This document shows, piece after piece, positions 51,630 to 64,000 of a stretch of DNA of 64,000 bases. Each line of letters begins with the position of its first letter. Position 1 is the stretch's first letter. The translations under genes were made by a program, and so were the position numbers. The DNA comes from Vicugna vicugna. Taxonomy: Eukaryota. Where the stretch lies: the NCBI GenBank assembly GCA_013265495.1, contig MU058636.1, positions 9,502,176-9,566,175 of the forward strand. Direction: 5' to 3'. Below the pieces are notes generated by a model. That model had not been told where the DNA came from and made no database searches. It saw only the letters and a list, made by a program, of their open reading frames with translations.

Positions 51630-52465
51630 ATTAGATTTACAACACCAAAGACAATGTTTTTTTGGTACTGACAAGTCAAAGACAAGAGATAAGGATTTTA
51701 ACATAAAACTAACCTTGAGGCAGTTTGGCAGGCATCAGAACTACCTGTGAAAATTTCCATTTTTCATTCTTTTCAGGAGCCTGCAGCACAAACGAAACTT
51801 GATCCTGTTCCAATGGTAAACATTTTTTTAATGTTCTTTAGGCCAAGGAAATGGAAGCCTTCCTGTTAATCCTCCCGCTCTTACTCAAGAGCAGATTAAG
51901 TGGAATCTGGAAACCACTTTGCACCGTGCCTAGAACACAGTCGCTTTTGAAAGATGTAGTATTAAGTGCTCCACCCATGATTGTGTGGTACACTCACATA
52001 ATAATAGCAATGGAAACAACTATTGGGTTTCAGAAACAGAATTCTGTACAAGTCAATTTTAAATATTACTTATGACAGAGTAGCTCTATAAGAGTGTTAA
52101 TATGCAACGATCTCCAAGACATATTGTAAATAAAAAACTCAGGGTTCAAAATGTATAAATAGCATGCTGTCATTTGTTGAAAGGAGATGCGAAAGGAAAG
52201 GAGATATTCTTACACGCTTGCAAATGCATTACATACTTTTTGAGCAATACCCAAGAAAGTGTTAACAGGGATGTCTTCTGGAGGAGACCTAGGCAGGTGT
52301 GGGCAAACGTAGAAAGAGATGCTTTTACATCTGCACTTTTACGCCTTTGTAAGCGTGGACCATACCCACGCATCACTAATCCAAATAAATTAACATCAAT
52401 AATTATATATTTCTTCCATTGATACCTGTGCAATCTTCACGCTCTTGCCATTTAAAACACTACCT

Positions 52466-52901
52466 ATATTATTTTCATAGGGCTGTCATAAAGTACTGCA
52501 AACTGAGTGTCATAAAACCACAAAAGTTTGTCTCTCACTGTTCTGAAGCCTAGAAATCTGAAATCAAGGTGTTGGCAGGGCCATGCTCTCTGCCAGATCT
52601 CGAGGGGAGGGTCTTCCTTTGCCTCCTCCAGCTTCTGGCAGCCCCAGGCATCTCTTGGTTTGTGACAGCATGATTAATCTCCGTCTCTGTGGCCACATGG
52701 CATTTTCTGGGTTTGTCTCTGTCCAAATTTCCCTCTCCTCACAAGGTTGTATTGAATTAGGGCCCACCCTAGTCCAATATGAGCTCCTCTTAACTTGATT
52801 ACATCTATAAAACCACTATTTCCAAACAAGGTCACATTCACAAGTGCCTGGGGTTAGGACTTCAACATAGGCTTTTGGAGGACACAGTTCAACTCATAAC
52901 A
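52466..52901 (-). mobile_element. MLT1C-like LTR
   Basis: 'agggctgtcata...ctcactgttctgaagcctagaaatctgaaatcaaggtgttggcagggccatgc...ggggttaggacttcaacat...cacagttcaactcataac'. Confidence 0.9.
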
Positions 52902-53075
52902 CGACCACCATCACTCACTACATTCTATAGACCTCCTTCCTCTGTCCCTTCTTTTTGATGGGAGCTCAGCAAAGCAAAGTGGCTGAGCGGGTCACTGGTG
53001 TGCCTTTTAAGATTTGGCTGGCACTGTGAAAACAAGAACAGATCTCTTGGTGGCAGAAATTTAAATAAAAGTTCA

Positions 53076-53808
53076 TATGACCCAGGAATCCCACTCCTGG
53101 GCTTGTATCCAGAAGGAACCCTACTTCAGGATGACACCTGCACCCCAGTGTTCATAGAAGCACTATTTACAATAGCCAAAACATGGAAACAGCCTAAACG
53201 TCCATCAACAGGTGACTGGATAAAGAAGAGGTGGTATATTTATACACTGGAATACTACTCAGCCATAAAAACCAACAACATAGCGCCATTTGCAGCAACA
53301 TGGATGCTCCTGGAGAACGTCATTCTAAGTGAAGTAAGCCAGAAAGAGAAGGAAAAATACCATATGAGATCGCTCATATGTGTAATCTAAAAAACAAAAA
53401 CAAAAACAAANNNNNNNNNNNNNNNNNNNNNNNNNNNNNNNNNNNNNNNNNNNNNNNNNNNNNNNNNNNNNNNNNNNNNNNNNNNNNNNNNNNNNNNNNN
53501 NNNNNNNNNNNNNNNNNNNNNNNNNNNNNNNNNNNNNNNNNNNNNNNNNNNNNNNNNNNNNNNNNNNNNNNNNNNNNNNNNNNNNNNNNNNNNNNNNNNN
53601 NNNNNNNNNNNNNNNNNNNNNNNNNNNNNNNNNNNNNNNNNNNNNNNNNNNNNNNNNNNNNNNNNNNNNNNNNNNNNNNNNNNNNNNNNNNNNNNNNNNN
53701 NNNNNNNNNNNNNNNNNNNNNNNNNATTGTGCTGAACGCTGGAATTTGACACAACCATGTAAAATGAATATAAATCAATAAAAAATGTTAAAAAAAAGAA
53801 AAAAAAGG
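53076..53808 (+). mobile_element. Young 5'-truncated L1 (ORF2 C-terminus still open) spanning an assembly gap
   Basis: Open frame 'YDPGIPLLGLYP...[21 protein letters not shown]...WYIYTLEYYSAIK...ILSEVSQKEKEKYHMRSLIC' to a stop at 53388-90 matches the L1 ORF2p C-terminus; AATAAA and A-tail near 53777-53806; TSD ataaaagttca (53065-75) / ataaatgttca (53809-19). Confidence 0.95.
53411..53725. other. Assembly gap (315 N)
   Basis: Run of N within the L1 3' UTR. Confidence 1.
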
Positions 53809-56806
53809 ATAAATGTTCAAAAGAACAGAAGATTAGGTATCTTTTAGCTATATTAATAAGGAAACAAAGTCATTTTGTCACTAAAAGGAAACTTCGGGCA
53901 CTTAATCAGTGAATTCAAGAATAGGGTACACATTGTTTTTCTAGTCATCATTTTTATTTGGTTAAAGTTGCCTTACATAGATATGTGTGCTGCTAAATTT
54001 TATAGCTAAATTGAAGCAAATAAGAAATTAAATTGAAGCTTTGTTAGAAACAAACATGCCTTTCTTCCGCTGGGATTTTATCTCTTCCTTTGAGAGTCAT
54101 AATCCCCCATTCGTTGTTATTACAGGGAATAAATAATTACACTTTGGACATAAGAAAGAAGCAGCACAGGGTTAAGCAGAGACCACCAGCATTCTAAATA
54201 AATGACTCAAGTAAGCAGAGATCAGAATAAACTTACTCCACCATTCACAAAGCATTAATTGATTACTGACTTCAGGCCTCTAGTTGACACTGTTAGGAAA
54301 GCAAAAATGAGACAAGGCAATCTCATCACTCTTTTTATGCATGAAGTGTCTTTTTCACGGTTGAGGTGGGAAAGATCTACCTGTTTGTCAGGTCACAGCC
54401 CTAAGCTCACAAGCGGCAAGTAGTAAACTTGCTTTATGAAAACACAGCCGCAATCTCTAAAATGCTGAAGAGATATACATTGCAAAGTGTCATTATCTTT
54501 TAATTATGCAACCAAACGATTGTTACCAGGACACGGAAACCAAGATAGAAGCGAGGCAGAAGTGACAGGGTTGCACCGCTCAGAGGGGAGCAGGGCCAGT
54601 GGAGTGGCCGCTGGTCACCAGGTCACCACATCTTCAGGCCCCTGCGCTCAAGCCAGAGCCACGCCCCCCCCCCCGGTTGCCCCGGCCAACAAGTGAGCGT
54701 TGTGAGGATAATGTCAAGTGTCGCCACTCTTACCCCACGAGGGACTCTCCCGATGGGCAGTCCATGCTCAGAGCCCCCCGCTGGCCTGGCTGAGATCTCA
54801 GAACCGCACCGAGGTCTGATGCTCTTCCCACTCAAGTCTTCCTCCTTCCTCTCTCATTTCACAGGTGTCAGACCTCCAGCCCAGCCGGGGCACCCTCTCC
54901 ACCCTTCCCTGCCCCTCCTCCTCTCTCTCTCACTGGGGTTTCCCGCAACCTGGATCTCTTGCATGTCTGGCCACCAGAATGTAGGTAGAGTTCTACGTAC
55001 ACTCATATAAAAGTGAATCGGTCAGCAATGAATCCAGTTCAAATTTACCTTTTGTCTATTTAAGACTTCGTGGGCGTGAAGGGCAGTCGCTTTTCCTAAA
55101 ACAATGAAGCAGAATTTATTTTTCAACTCCTGAACCTTCGCAATTCCTTCTCTATACCTGTTCTAATACATCCAAGAGAAGCTCAGAGGCTCCCCTGAGG
55201 TCATTACAAGGCTGGTCCCTCTGACAGGCTTGTACCTCTGCACCTGTCATTTTGATTAACTGTCTCCCTACTGATGGGAGCCCTCTGAGCCCTGCGGGGA
55301 GCTTTAAAGTTTATTCACTGTTCTCTGTTGGCAGTGCCTCCCAGCCTCCCACTCTATCCCTTTCTTGCAAGGTATATCAATGCCTTGCTGTCTGAAAATA
55401 ATGGGACAGGTTAGGCCACTGGTGGCTCTAAGTTCACGGTCCTAAACACACACACAAAACAATTCTATGGAGCTTTAGCACAAGAAGCTAGACTTGGGCT
55501 GTAAAACACAAGTTTACGGACAAGGGAAATCAGTTACAAGGCAAAATAGAAAACTTGGACCAACACAGTGAAAGTCCATCTTCTAAGTTTGCAGGTTCCA
55601 GCCCGTGTCTGCCTCACGGAGACTGAGTCTTACACATCCAGTTTATTTCATGCCAGAGAAGGAGCCTCTACAATGTTCATGCAAAGAAATTTTAGTGCTT
55701 GAAAATGGCATTCAAATGTTTCAATGGTTATAATTATTTAAATGCAATTATGAACTTACAGCTTGGGTTTCGCTGTTTTAGTTTGAATCACAACTTCTTT
55801 CTTTTTCTTCCACATCTCAGTATCAATATTTACAATCTCTCATCACCTGGTTGGTTTTTTTCCCCATGTTACTTCACTTAAAAACAAAGGGAAACAATAC
55901 AAGTAAAACCTGCAACAACTAGGAACCCAAACAAGACACAGTTATCAGGACATAGGTCTGGCCCATTCTACTCAACCATTGCTACAGAATCTCACTGCAT
56001 CCGAAGACAGTCTAGGGCAAAGCCACTTGGAAAAGCAACGGAGAGTCAAGGTCACGTTACCATGCTGAAGGGCAGCCTGGAATAGTCCAGAAAGCAGAAA
56101 ATCAATGTCGGGTTGCAACTTCCATTTTTAACCCTTTGCTTCTTGTTCGATGGTTTCACTTCTCGGACGCCATGCGATTTTCCCTGTTTTTCAAATAACG
56201 TGTTGACTAGGCTGACAGTCCATCTTACTGTCATCAATGGTGGCACAAATCTTGAGATTTGATGCATGTTTGAGCGTCACTTCTCAGGATTCTGGACAAC
56301 CATGTTTAACCTGAATTCGGTTGAGCCCTAACTTCCAGTTTAGGGTAAACCCCAGAGGAACATACGAGGTGACACCCGTTGAAAGCAATCAGATACACGG
56401 TGGAGGGTGAGCCATTCTACAGGACAAATGGCGTGGCCTTTCCAGGAAGCCAATGTCATGGAAAAAGAGACATTACTCTCCTTGAGTAAAGGAGACCTTA
56501 GAGACACAAATATCAGATGTAAGGCACAGCCCCAGATTGGCTCCTGGCAAGGACAAACCAGTTGTGCATGGTATTTTGGAAACAATTCAGAAATTCATAT
56601 ATGAACTGGTATCAAATTAGATTAAGGAATTACTATCAGTTTTGTTATCCATAATAATTTTAATTTGGTAATGTAGAAAATACTATTTTTTTAAGGTATC
56701 CACTGAAGAAATGAGAGGTGGAATGTGAGGATATGTGTAACTTACACTAAACTCACTCTGTATAGAATGTGATTTATTCCTCTACCATAGGGTGATACAT
56801 CTGTCT

Positions 56807-57016
56807 CAGGGATTGGCCAACTTTTTCTGTAAAGGGCAAGACAGTAAATATCTCAGGCTTCTCATACTATAGGGGCTCAGCTGCATTTACTCAACTTTAC
56901 TGTTGTAGCACAAAAGCGGCCAGAGACAGTGCATACATGAATGTACATGGCTGTGTGTCAATAAAACTTTATTTACAAAGACAAGCTGCCTAGGGGCCAT
57001 CGTTTGCTGACCTCTG
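56807..57016. mobile_element. MER58A hAT-Charlie DNA transposon
   Basis: 'caggg.attggccaactttttctgtaaaggg...caataaaactttatttacaaa...gtttgctgacctctg'. Confidence 0.88.
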
Positions 57017-59914
57017 ATCTCCTCCTTCATTTAAAAAAATAGATGCTGGGCTCAATGCAAATACATCCTGGGCCACAATATACAACATGGCATCACTTTA
57101 ATCCTTTTCCCCTTTGCATTTGGAAGAGCCAATGGTTCCTTTTCACTTTGAGATCCATGATATCTGGCAAGGGTTTTCCTACACAGCTAGTCTTCTCCAG
57201 CATGTGACTCAGAAATTGTGTTTAAAAACAAAACCAAACCACTGTGCCTGTAGAGCGAAACAACCATGTCAGAAGAAACCTAAACTGTGAGACGACTCTT
57301 CTGTCCCAAAGGCACCGGGGATCTCTGGCTCTGGAACTGATTAGCATGTGATCAGCTTTTGAAAACAGGTGGAGAAGTCATTCCACTTCACCTCACTACA
57401 CCTCTGGGACCCTTTACCTCATCACACCACCGGGACCCAGTTCATTCTTTTAGGTCCTCAGGACACTGGCTACTGAGCAAATCAGTATTTTCCTGCACAA
57501 TATGATGCACATGCCCAGTGGTCTGAAAGAGTAAACACAGGCTCCCAGTGGGTCTGGGATGACTGCTGTCAGTGGATAAGTCGCTTGGAAAACTAGACTC
57601 CATTAACTTGCACACAGCACAGACGAGGTCAGCATCTCTTACCAAAGCAGGCACAGAGTCCATTAGATTAGTCTCTCCTTGTCTGGATGCTCATGAAAGA
57701 GAGATCCTTCAAGAATGATCCCCATAAACTCAGATCTCCCTTTAAGATGACTCTAGAAATATAGAACTCAAGGTAAAATATTTAGAGGATTAATTCAATT
57801 GCACCATTGGTTCGACTGCCTATTAAAAGTTTACCTATAACGGCAAGCTTCGGTCTATTCAGTTTTGTGCTCTACCATCAAAACTGCAGGTCATAAACCT
57901 TTATGGAATATGATGTGTCATGAAATTTGAATAGACTTAGTACCTAAAAGAGTTCTGTAGAAATGGTGAGTAAAAATGGAGAGAAAATTTATGTTACATA
58001 GATTCCCTATTAATAAAAAGAAATCTAAATCATGATTTAAATTTTTAGGGAAGAAAACCCCACAGAGTTAGATAAGATAGCCTATAAATTCTTTGAAAAT
58101 GGGAGGTGGGGGGAAGGGTGGAGGAATGAAACCCCTGCCAAGTTTCAAGGTCATAAAAGAAGCTGAAATAAAATACAGAGATTATATATAGAACCACATT
58201 TCTCACGGTAATATACTTTATGGTTCAAACTGGGCAGTGAAGTAGGACTTGTGAAAAAATACCACAAAGATTCTTCTAATTAATTCTATGTATTATTCGG
58301 GGATTCTTAATTTAAATTGAACAGAAACAATATAAAAAAGAAATTACTCCTGTTAAGTCTTGTTAGAAAGCGGTTTGTAGAAACATATTATTTATTTTTT
58401 AAAATATCTGCTTTTGAATACTGTATCCACCCAGGACGTAACACATACATTATAAGAAACACCATTGTATTTCTACAATAATTTGTGCCCTGAAATTTAT
58501 GTAAATTTGTCAAGAGGAGGGGAGGTTTATCTCTGCCTTAACCCAGCAGAAAGGATTTTTTGATGGGAAATAAAGTCATCAGGGATATATGTAATCTACT
58601 TAATATAATAAGTTTTCTACCCAGTGTGGGAGTTTTTTTGGTTAGCAATTAATATCGTAATTATAAAATAGTTGTGTCCGTCTATAAAACAGGCTCCCAT
58701 TGGAAAATACTTTCTTAACCAAGTTGAAAAAAAACTGTTTTAATGGGATATAATAAAATTACACTCCTTCCAAAGAACTTTAAATTGTCAAACGTCTGTC
58801 TAGCTATTTGGGGATTATCTCTTTCCTGACCTGCATCAGCTTCTGAGAAATGACACTTCTCTACTGGATGCTGCTAAACCTGAAATAAATCCACGGACAA
58901 AAGGTTCAGCCAGTTTTGAAATCATAAGTGTTTATGAATCAAAGAATATACCTAATGTTTCCAAGCTCTTTTTTCAATCTTTACTCCTTCCTTTGTTTTC
59001 TAACATTGTTAAGAATGAAGCGTCATTCTGATGTAAATTAGTGATTTCATTTGTCAGAATCAATAGGTTAAGTGAAGCTGAAATGCCCCGAAATAGGGAA
59101 CAGTATGCAATGAATGCTCTACCTTAGATGCAAACTTACGCCATTTTCGTTTCAGAATAAAACAGGTCTACATACACCCACCCTCACCCCATTCTACCCC
59201 ATCCGCAGAAAATCAGCAACATTTAAAGGTCTTATCTCACAGATAAAACAATTATCAAGGCCAGATAAGAAAGGCTAGGTAATAGTCGTGAAGTATTACA
59301 AAAGATTTCTTCCAAAGAGTACATCTAGGTAATTAAATTAAACAGACTATTATAGAAACATTACCTGGAAAATTACTCACCACGAAGGATTTAAAAACAG
59401 AATATATATTGGGAATTTGAAGCAAAAATTGCTCCTCAATGGCAAAGCCATGGGAAAATTTAGGAATCAAAGGCTGTGTCCCTTTATGTTTGTTGATTAA
59501 TGTCATTCTGTCATTTCCCTGATAATGTCAGGGAAAATCTTTGAAAGACAATAGATTCTACCGGTAAGAGTAGAATCTCCAATTAAAGGGCCATCTGCAT
59601 AACTGTCAAATGCACAAAGTACTAGTGATCTTTTCTGTTGTATTCCCACTGTGTGGATGACAACACATCTCCACGTGGTTAGCAACTGAGGTGGGCCAGG
59701 CACAGGACATCTCGGGACCAACTCACAGTCACCACCAAACTCTTTTGCTTATCAATTCTTGGTTGGAAAGTCATATCCCTAACTTCAGAATAAAATTAAG
59801 GCCTAAAATGACTATGCAGAATGACTCATAAAATCTGTAGTGTATGTTAGAGGAGGGAAGAGATCTTCTAAATGATCAAAATTCTGCCTTCCTAACACGA
59901 TGTCTCCGCAAAAG

Positions 59915-61595
59915 GAGTTGGAAATGTGTGATTCCAGGGCGGGCAGGAAAAGTCAAGGTAGAACTTGGGACTTTTTTTTATACCAGAAAACAAAGAAATG
60001 TTTGAAAAAGATGACTGCATGCCACGAGTATGCAAGAGCCAGCTGGAAAGCATCAAAAGCACTATTCATACAGGTGGACACTGATAAATCAGACTTCATT
60101 AAAATCAAAAACTCCTGCTCTTTGAAAACCACTGTTCAGAAGAAAATGAAAAGGCAGGTCACTGACTGAGGAAATATTTGCAAGATACATATCTGATAAA
60201 AAAAAAAAACTTTTATCCAGCATTTATGAGAAACTCTCAAAACGTAATCCTACTAAAACAATCTTATTACAAAATGAACAAAGATTCTGAAGAGATGCAT
60301 CCTCAAAGAAAATATATAGATGGCAAGCAGGCGTATGAAACAATGCTCACTGATCAACAGGAAAATGCAAATTGTATGGCACATAGGGTCCACTGGTTTT
60401 TCAACCAAAGTGCAAAGGCAATTCAGTGGGGAAAAGATAGTCTTTACAGCAAATGTTGTTGGAATAATTGTATGTGCATACGAAAAACAAACAAAAAATC
60501 CTTTAACATCCACAACAGCCCAAAGTGCAAAATCTGAGACAATTAGACTTCTAGAAAAAAAAAAACATAGGCAAAGATTTCTTAGATACACAAACCACAA
60601 ATAAGATACCACCACACACATATAAGAATAGCTAAAATTAGAAAGACAGAGCATATAAATTATTGACAAGATTGTAGAACAACTGGAACTCTCATATACT
60701 CCTGGGAGAGATGCAAAATGGTACCATCACTTTGGAAAACGGTTTGGCTTGTAAAGTTAGACACACACATACTATACAACGCAGCAATCTGATTCCTAGT
60801 CATGTATTCAACAGAAATGAAAATTTAATGTTCACATAAAACTTTTAGGCAAATGTTTATAATAGCTGTATTCACAATCACTAAGAACTGAAAAGAAAAG
60901 AAAACAAATTCCTTCAGCTACCATATGTAATACAATGGCACACTACTCAGCAAGAAGAGGAAACAGGGTATTGTCATATACAACAACATGGATCTCATGG
61001 ATCAACATGGAATTTCAAATGCATTCTGTCAAATCAAAGAAGCCAGACTCAAAAGGCTCATTAGACACAGAAAGCAGATTAGTGGTTCTCCAGGACTGGG
61101 AAGGCTGAGGGGTAACGGCGAGTGACTACTAGTGGGCATTGGGTTTCTTTTTGGAATAACCAGAATGAAATGTTCAAAAATTGACTGTGATGATGGTTGC
61201 ACAACCTTGTGAATATTCTTAAAACCACTGAATCGCATGCTTTAAATGGATAAATTGCATGATATGTGAATTTTATCTCAATAAAGCTTCATTTTTTTTT
61301 TAAGTTACTTATTGTGTGATCGCATTTATATGATATTCTACAGAAGGCAAAAAACTATAGGCACAGAAAACAGATCATTGGCTGTCAGGGGCTGCGGTGG
61401 GTGGAGGAGCCATCTGCAAAGGGCTTGAGGGAACTTTGGGGGAGGTGATGAACTGTTGTGTCTCTTGACTGTCGTAGAGGTTACACAGGTTACAGAAGGT
61501 TTTGAATGTCTGTCAAAACTCACACAGCAGTCAACCAAGCAGGACGAATTTCACTACAAGTAAATAATACCTCAGTAATCCTGACATTAAAATTT
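59915..61595 (+). mobile_element. Composite old L1 (L1M) relic with rearranged ORF2 pieces and a nested L1 3' end
   Basis: ORF2p-like peptides 'DKSDFIKIKNSCS..KMKRQVTD', 'AKAIQWGKDSL.SKCCW', 'ETIRLLE'; two successive 3' UTR-like segments (about 61059-61290 and 61305-61590). Confidence 0.88.
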
Positions 61596-62074
61596 TTTTA
61601 AGTCTAACCATATCTTCTATCAGAAAAATAGTCATTAGCTTTATGGTTTTTAGTTTGTATATTGGAGTGAGAGTGCTTTCCCACAGATACCATATCATCA
61701 GTGGTCTGTCACAAATGTGACACCTGTGAAGATAGGGCTTGTCACTACGTTTTTAAACTGAAGTGGTTTCATTCCACTTTTTAAACATTTTTTTTGAATA
61801 AATATAAGGGTAATGCAGGAGTACGCATTTCTAGTCACAATCATAAACGTATTAACTACCTCTGAGTCTATTTTATTATGGTTTTAGGAATAAGATAAAT
61901 TCAGTTTACATGTACTTTTTATGTTAACAATGGGCTTTTATTTACATTCTTGAAAAGCATGTGCAGAGGGAAATTTAATTGCCTATTTAAGAGGAATGTT
62001 CCAAAACGGAATTGTTTCATTTTTGGAAATTTTCTTCAAGTATGTTAAATTTGTCTACTAGGGAAGCAGAACTT

Positions 62075-62545
62075 TTTAAAATCTTGAAAAACGTCAAATA
62101 CACAGAAAATTTTAGAGAATAAGAACATCTATATATCAAGTACCTAGATTCATCTGTTTCTGACCTTTTACTCTAACTGTTGTCATTTTCTCTGTCACAT
62201 TTACGTCGGTCTAGTTTTGGGCTCTCTAGTCTGTTCCATTGATCTCAGTCTCTCTCTTTTCACCGATACCACGTGGCCTTAATTGATGCAGATTTCCTGT
62301 TAAGCTTAAAATCTTCCAATCTTCTTCTTCCTTTTCAAAACCGTTTTGGCTCTTCTAGTTCCATCACCTTCTCACTTAAATTTTTCAATCAACGTGTCAA
62401 TATCTACAAAAAGTCCAGCTGTGGAATCCTGATTCAGAATGCACCAGATCTGCAGATCAACTGGGGGAGAAATGCCATCTTTACAATACTGAGTCTTCCA
62501 ATGAAGAACACATTTTTTCTCTCCATTTATTTAAGTTTTCCTTGA
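62075..62545 (-). mobile_element. Old L1 (L1ME-like) fragments
   Basis: 'tgggctctctagtctgttccattgatc...gatcaactgggggagaaatgccatctttacaatactgagtcttcc...ctccatttatttaag' is antisense L1 ORF2 text. Confidence 0.75.
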
Positions 62546-64000
62546 TATTTTTTTTTCCCTAAGGGGAGACTTGCTTTTTAATTCTGGCATCTTCTTTTTC
62601 ACCCCAGTCTCTCCCTCACTCCATTCCCTAGAGTCAAGTTTTAACACATTAAAGAATTGGCTTAAGTCATGGATAAAACATAACACTTTCATATGTTTAA
62701 ATTCTCAGTTACTGACATAATGATAGTCCTTTGTCCCTAAAAAGTTCCCACTTAATAATGACTCAGAATATCTTGGCTAACTTCCTTAATTTGGTGGTGA
62801 ATAAGCTAAATATAGTTGACTTGAGCTTTTTATTGGACAAAGAAGTAATCCAAACATCAGAAAAAGTTTATTAGAATATAAAATTTTAAAAATTAGGCCC
62901 TTCTGTGCTAGGTACCATTCCCTTCATGGATCAGAAACAGTATGTGATTATCTCATTCACAAGGATTTTTGATTAAAACAACGTGTACACATGAGTAACC
63001 CAACCCCAACAAGCCAGCTTAAACATGCTCCCCTGAAGCCTGTCACAGAGACAGGGCCCCGTATTAATACAAGGAGACTCCATTAACTGAGAGGAACACA
63101 CGCAGGCACATTCAAAGGCTATGATTGTGACAGTAATTGGTAAACTGAGTATTTTGCAAAAAGCCCCTTTGTTCTTAATGGCATTGAAACCACCGTTGGG
63201 CCATCCCACTGTCACCGACATGAACAGTAGCAGCAAGTACTGGTGCATGCAAGGATCAAAAACTGTGCTGAAAGGGCCCACAATTAATAATAATTGCTTC
63301 CCAAGTGTCTATTTTACGTCAAGATGCCACTTCAGAAGGGATATATTCAAGTCCACTGGATAGGCTTAATATCTTCACGGAGGGTGGCCCTTTCTGGGAA
63401 AGTTATTCAATGGCTCAGCATGGGGCTAGCAAAACATCATTAATAAGAACAATACAGAAGAATTACAGAGACAAAGCACACCTTGCCAACTGGTGGCATT
63501 TTGCAAAGCAGCCCGTGCATTATTGAAGCCTGTGAATTGAAGGGCTTCCTGAGACAATGAGGACACAAGCACTTATTCACTGAAGTCTTTTTTTTTTTAT
63601 TTCACAGGGGCTTCCTGGGAGGTGGTGACCAAGAGTGGGGTTGACACTTTGCAGGCTCGGTTGTATGCTTAACTATTATTTTTCTGTGGGTCATTCTCAA
63701 TAAAAGAGGAAAATGTTATTAATGCCTTTGAATGGAGTCAAAGGCAGAAATGCAAAGCATCAAGAATCAAGCAAAGGGAAACCAGATTCATAGTCCTCTA
63801 ACTCCAACAAAGTGAGAAATGTACATAGATACCAATATTTTAATGTTCACATTGGAAAATCATTCATTTTAACCTTCCTTGGAAAGCAAATGGATATAAT
63901 TAATAAAATACAATTTTAAAACAACTTAAAAGTTGTTTTGATAATCACTTAATAACTATGAATCATTGTCGTATACTGATTAAAATAATAGCCCCATTCT

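Noticed and set aside
52998..53390. 130-aa ORF
   Set aside because: C-terminal remnant of L1 ORF2p joined to unrelated flank; not a host gene.
53374..53778. ORFs made mostly of X residues
   Set aside because: Artefacts of the N gap.
57834..57882. Minus-strand segment bounded by cag| and |gtaaac
   Set aside because: Stops in all three frames and a weak pyrimidine tract.
60987..61013. Triple 'catgga' micro-repeat
   Set aside because: Ordinary slippage duplication inside an old L1.
1..64000. CRISPR arrays, operons, rRNA or a nameable host gene
   Set aside because: No regularly spaced repeats, no long ORFs and no recognisable exon peptide; the host locus cannot be named from this sequence alone.

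Overview
Eukaryotic, mammalian genomic DNA, most likely a camelid (alpaca/llama/camel), judged from two short tRNA-derived SINEs of the camelid type and cetartiodactyl-type L1 3' ends. The window looks like intronic or intergenic sequence. It is a mosaic of interspersed repeats (L1, L2, L3/CR1, MIR, MLT1, MER21, two ERV solo LTRs, MER3/MER5/MER58/MER91/MER44/Tigger1 DNA transposon relics), microsatellites and one 315-nt N gap. Between these are unique tracts, several dense in developmental transcription-factor motifs. I could not recognise any protein-coding gene; the only recognisable protein similarity is L1 ORF2p remnants. A few exon-like segments, mostly on the minus strand, are low-confidence candidates. 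No CRISPR array, rRNA, true tRNA or prokaryotic system is present, and I found no convincing novel biological system. The most unusual structures seen directly are an L1 relic with ORF2 segments in permuted order (B-A-C), a 5'-inverted L1, and a head-to-head LTR pair, one carrying a CCAAT-box array plus TATA box. Repeat family names come from recalled consensus sequences, not a database search, and boundaries of old repeats are approximate.
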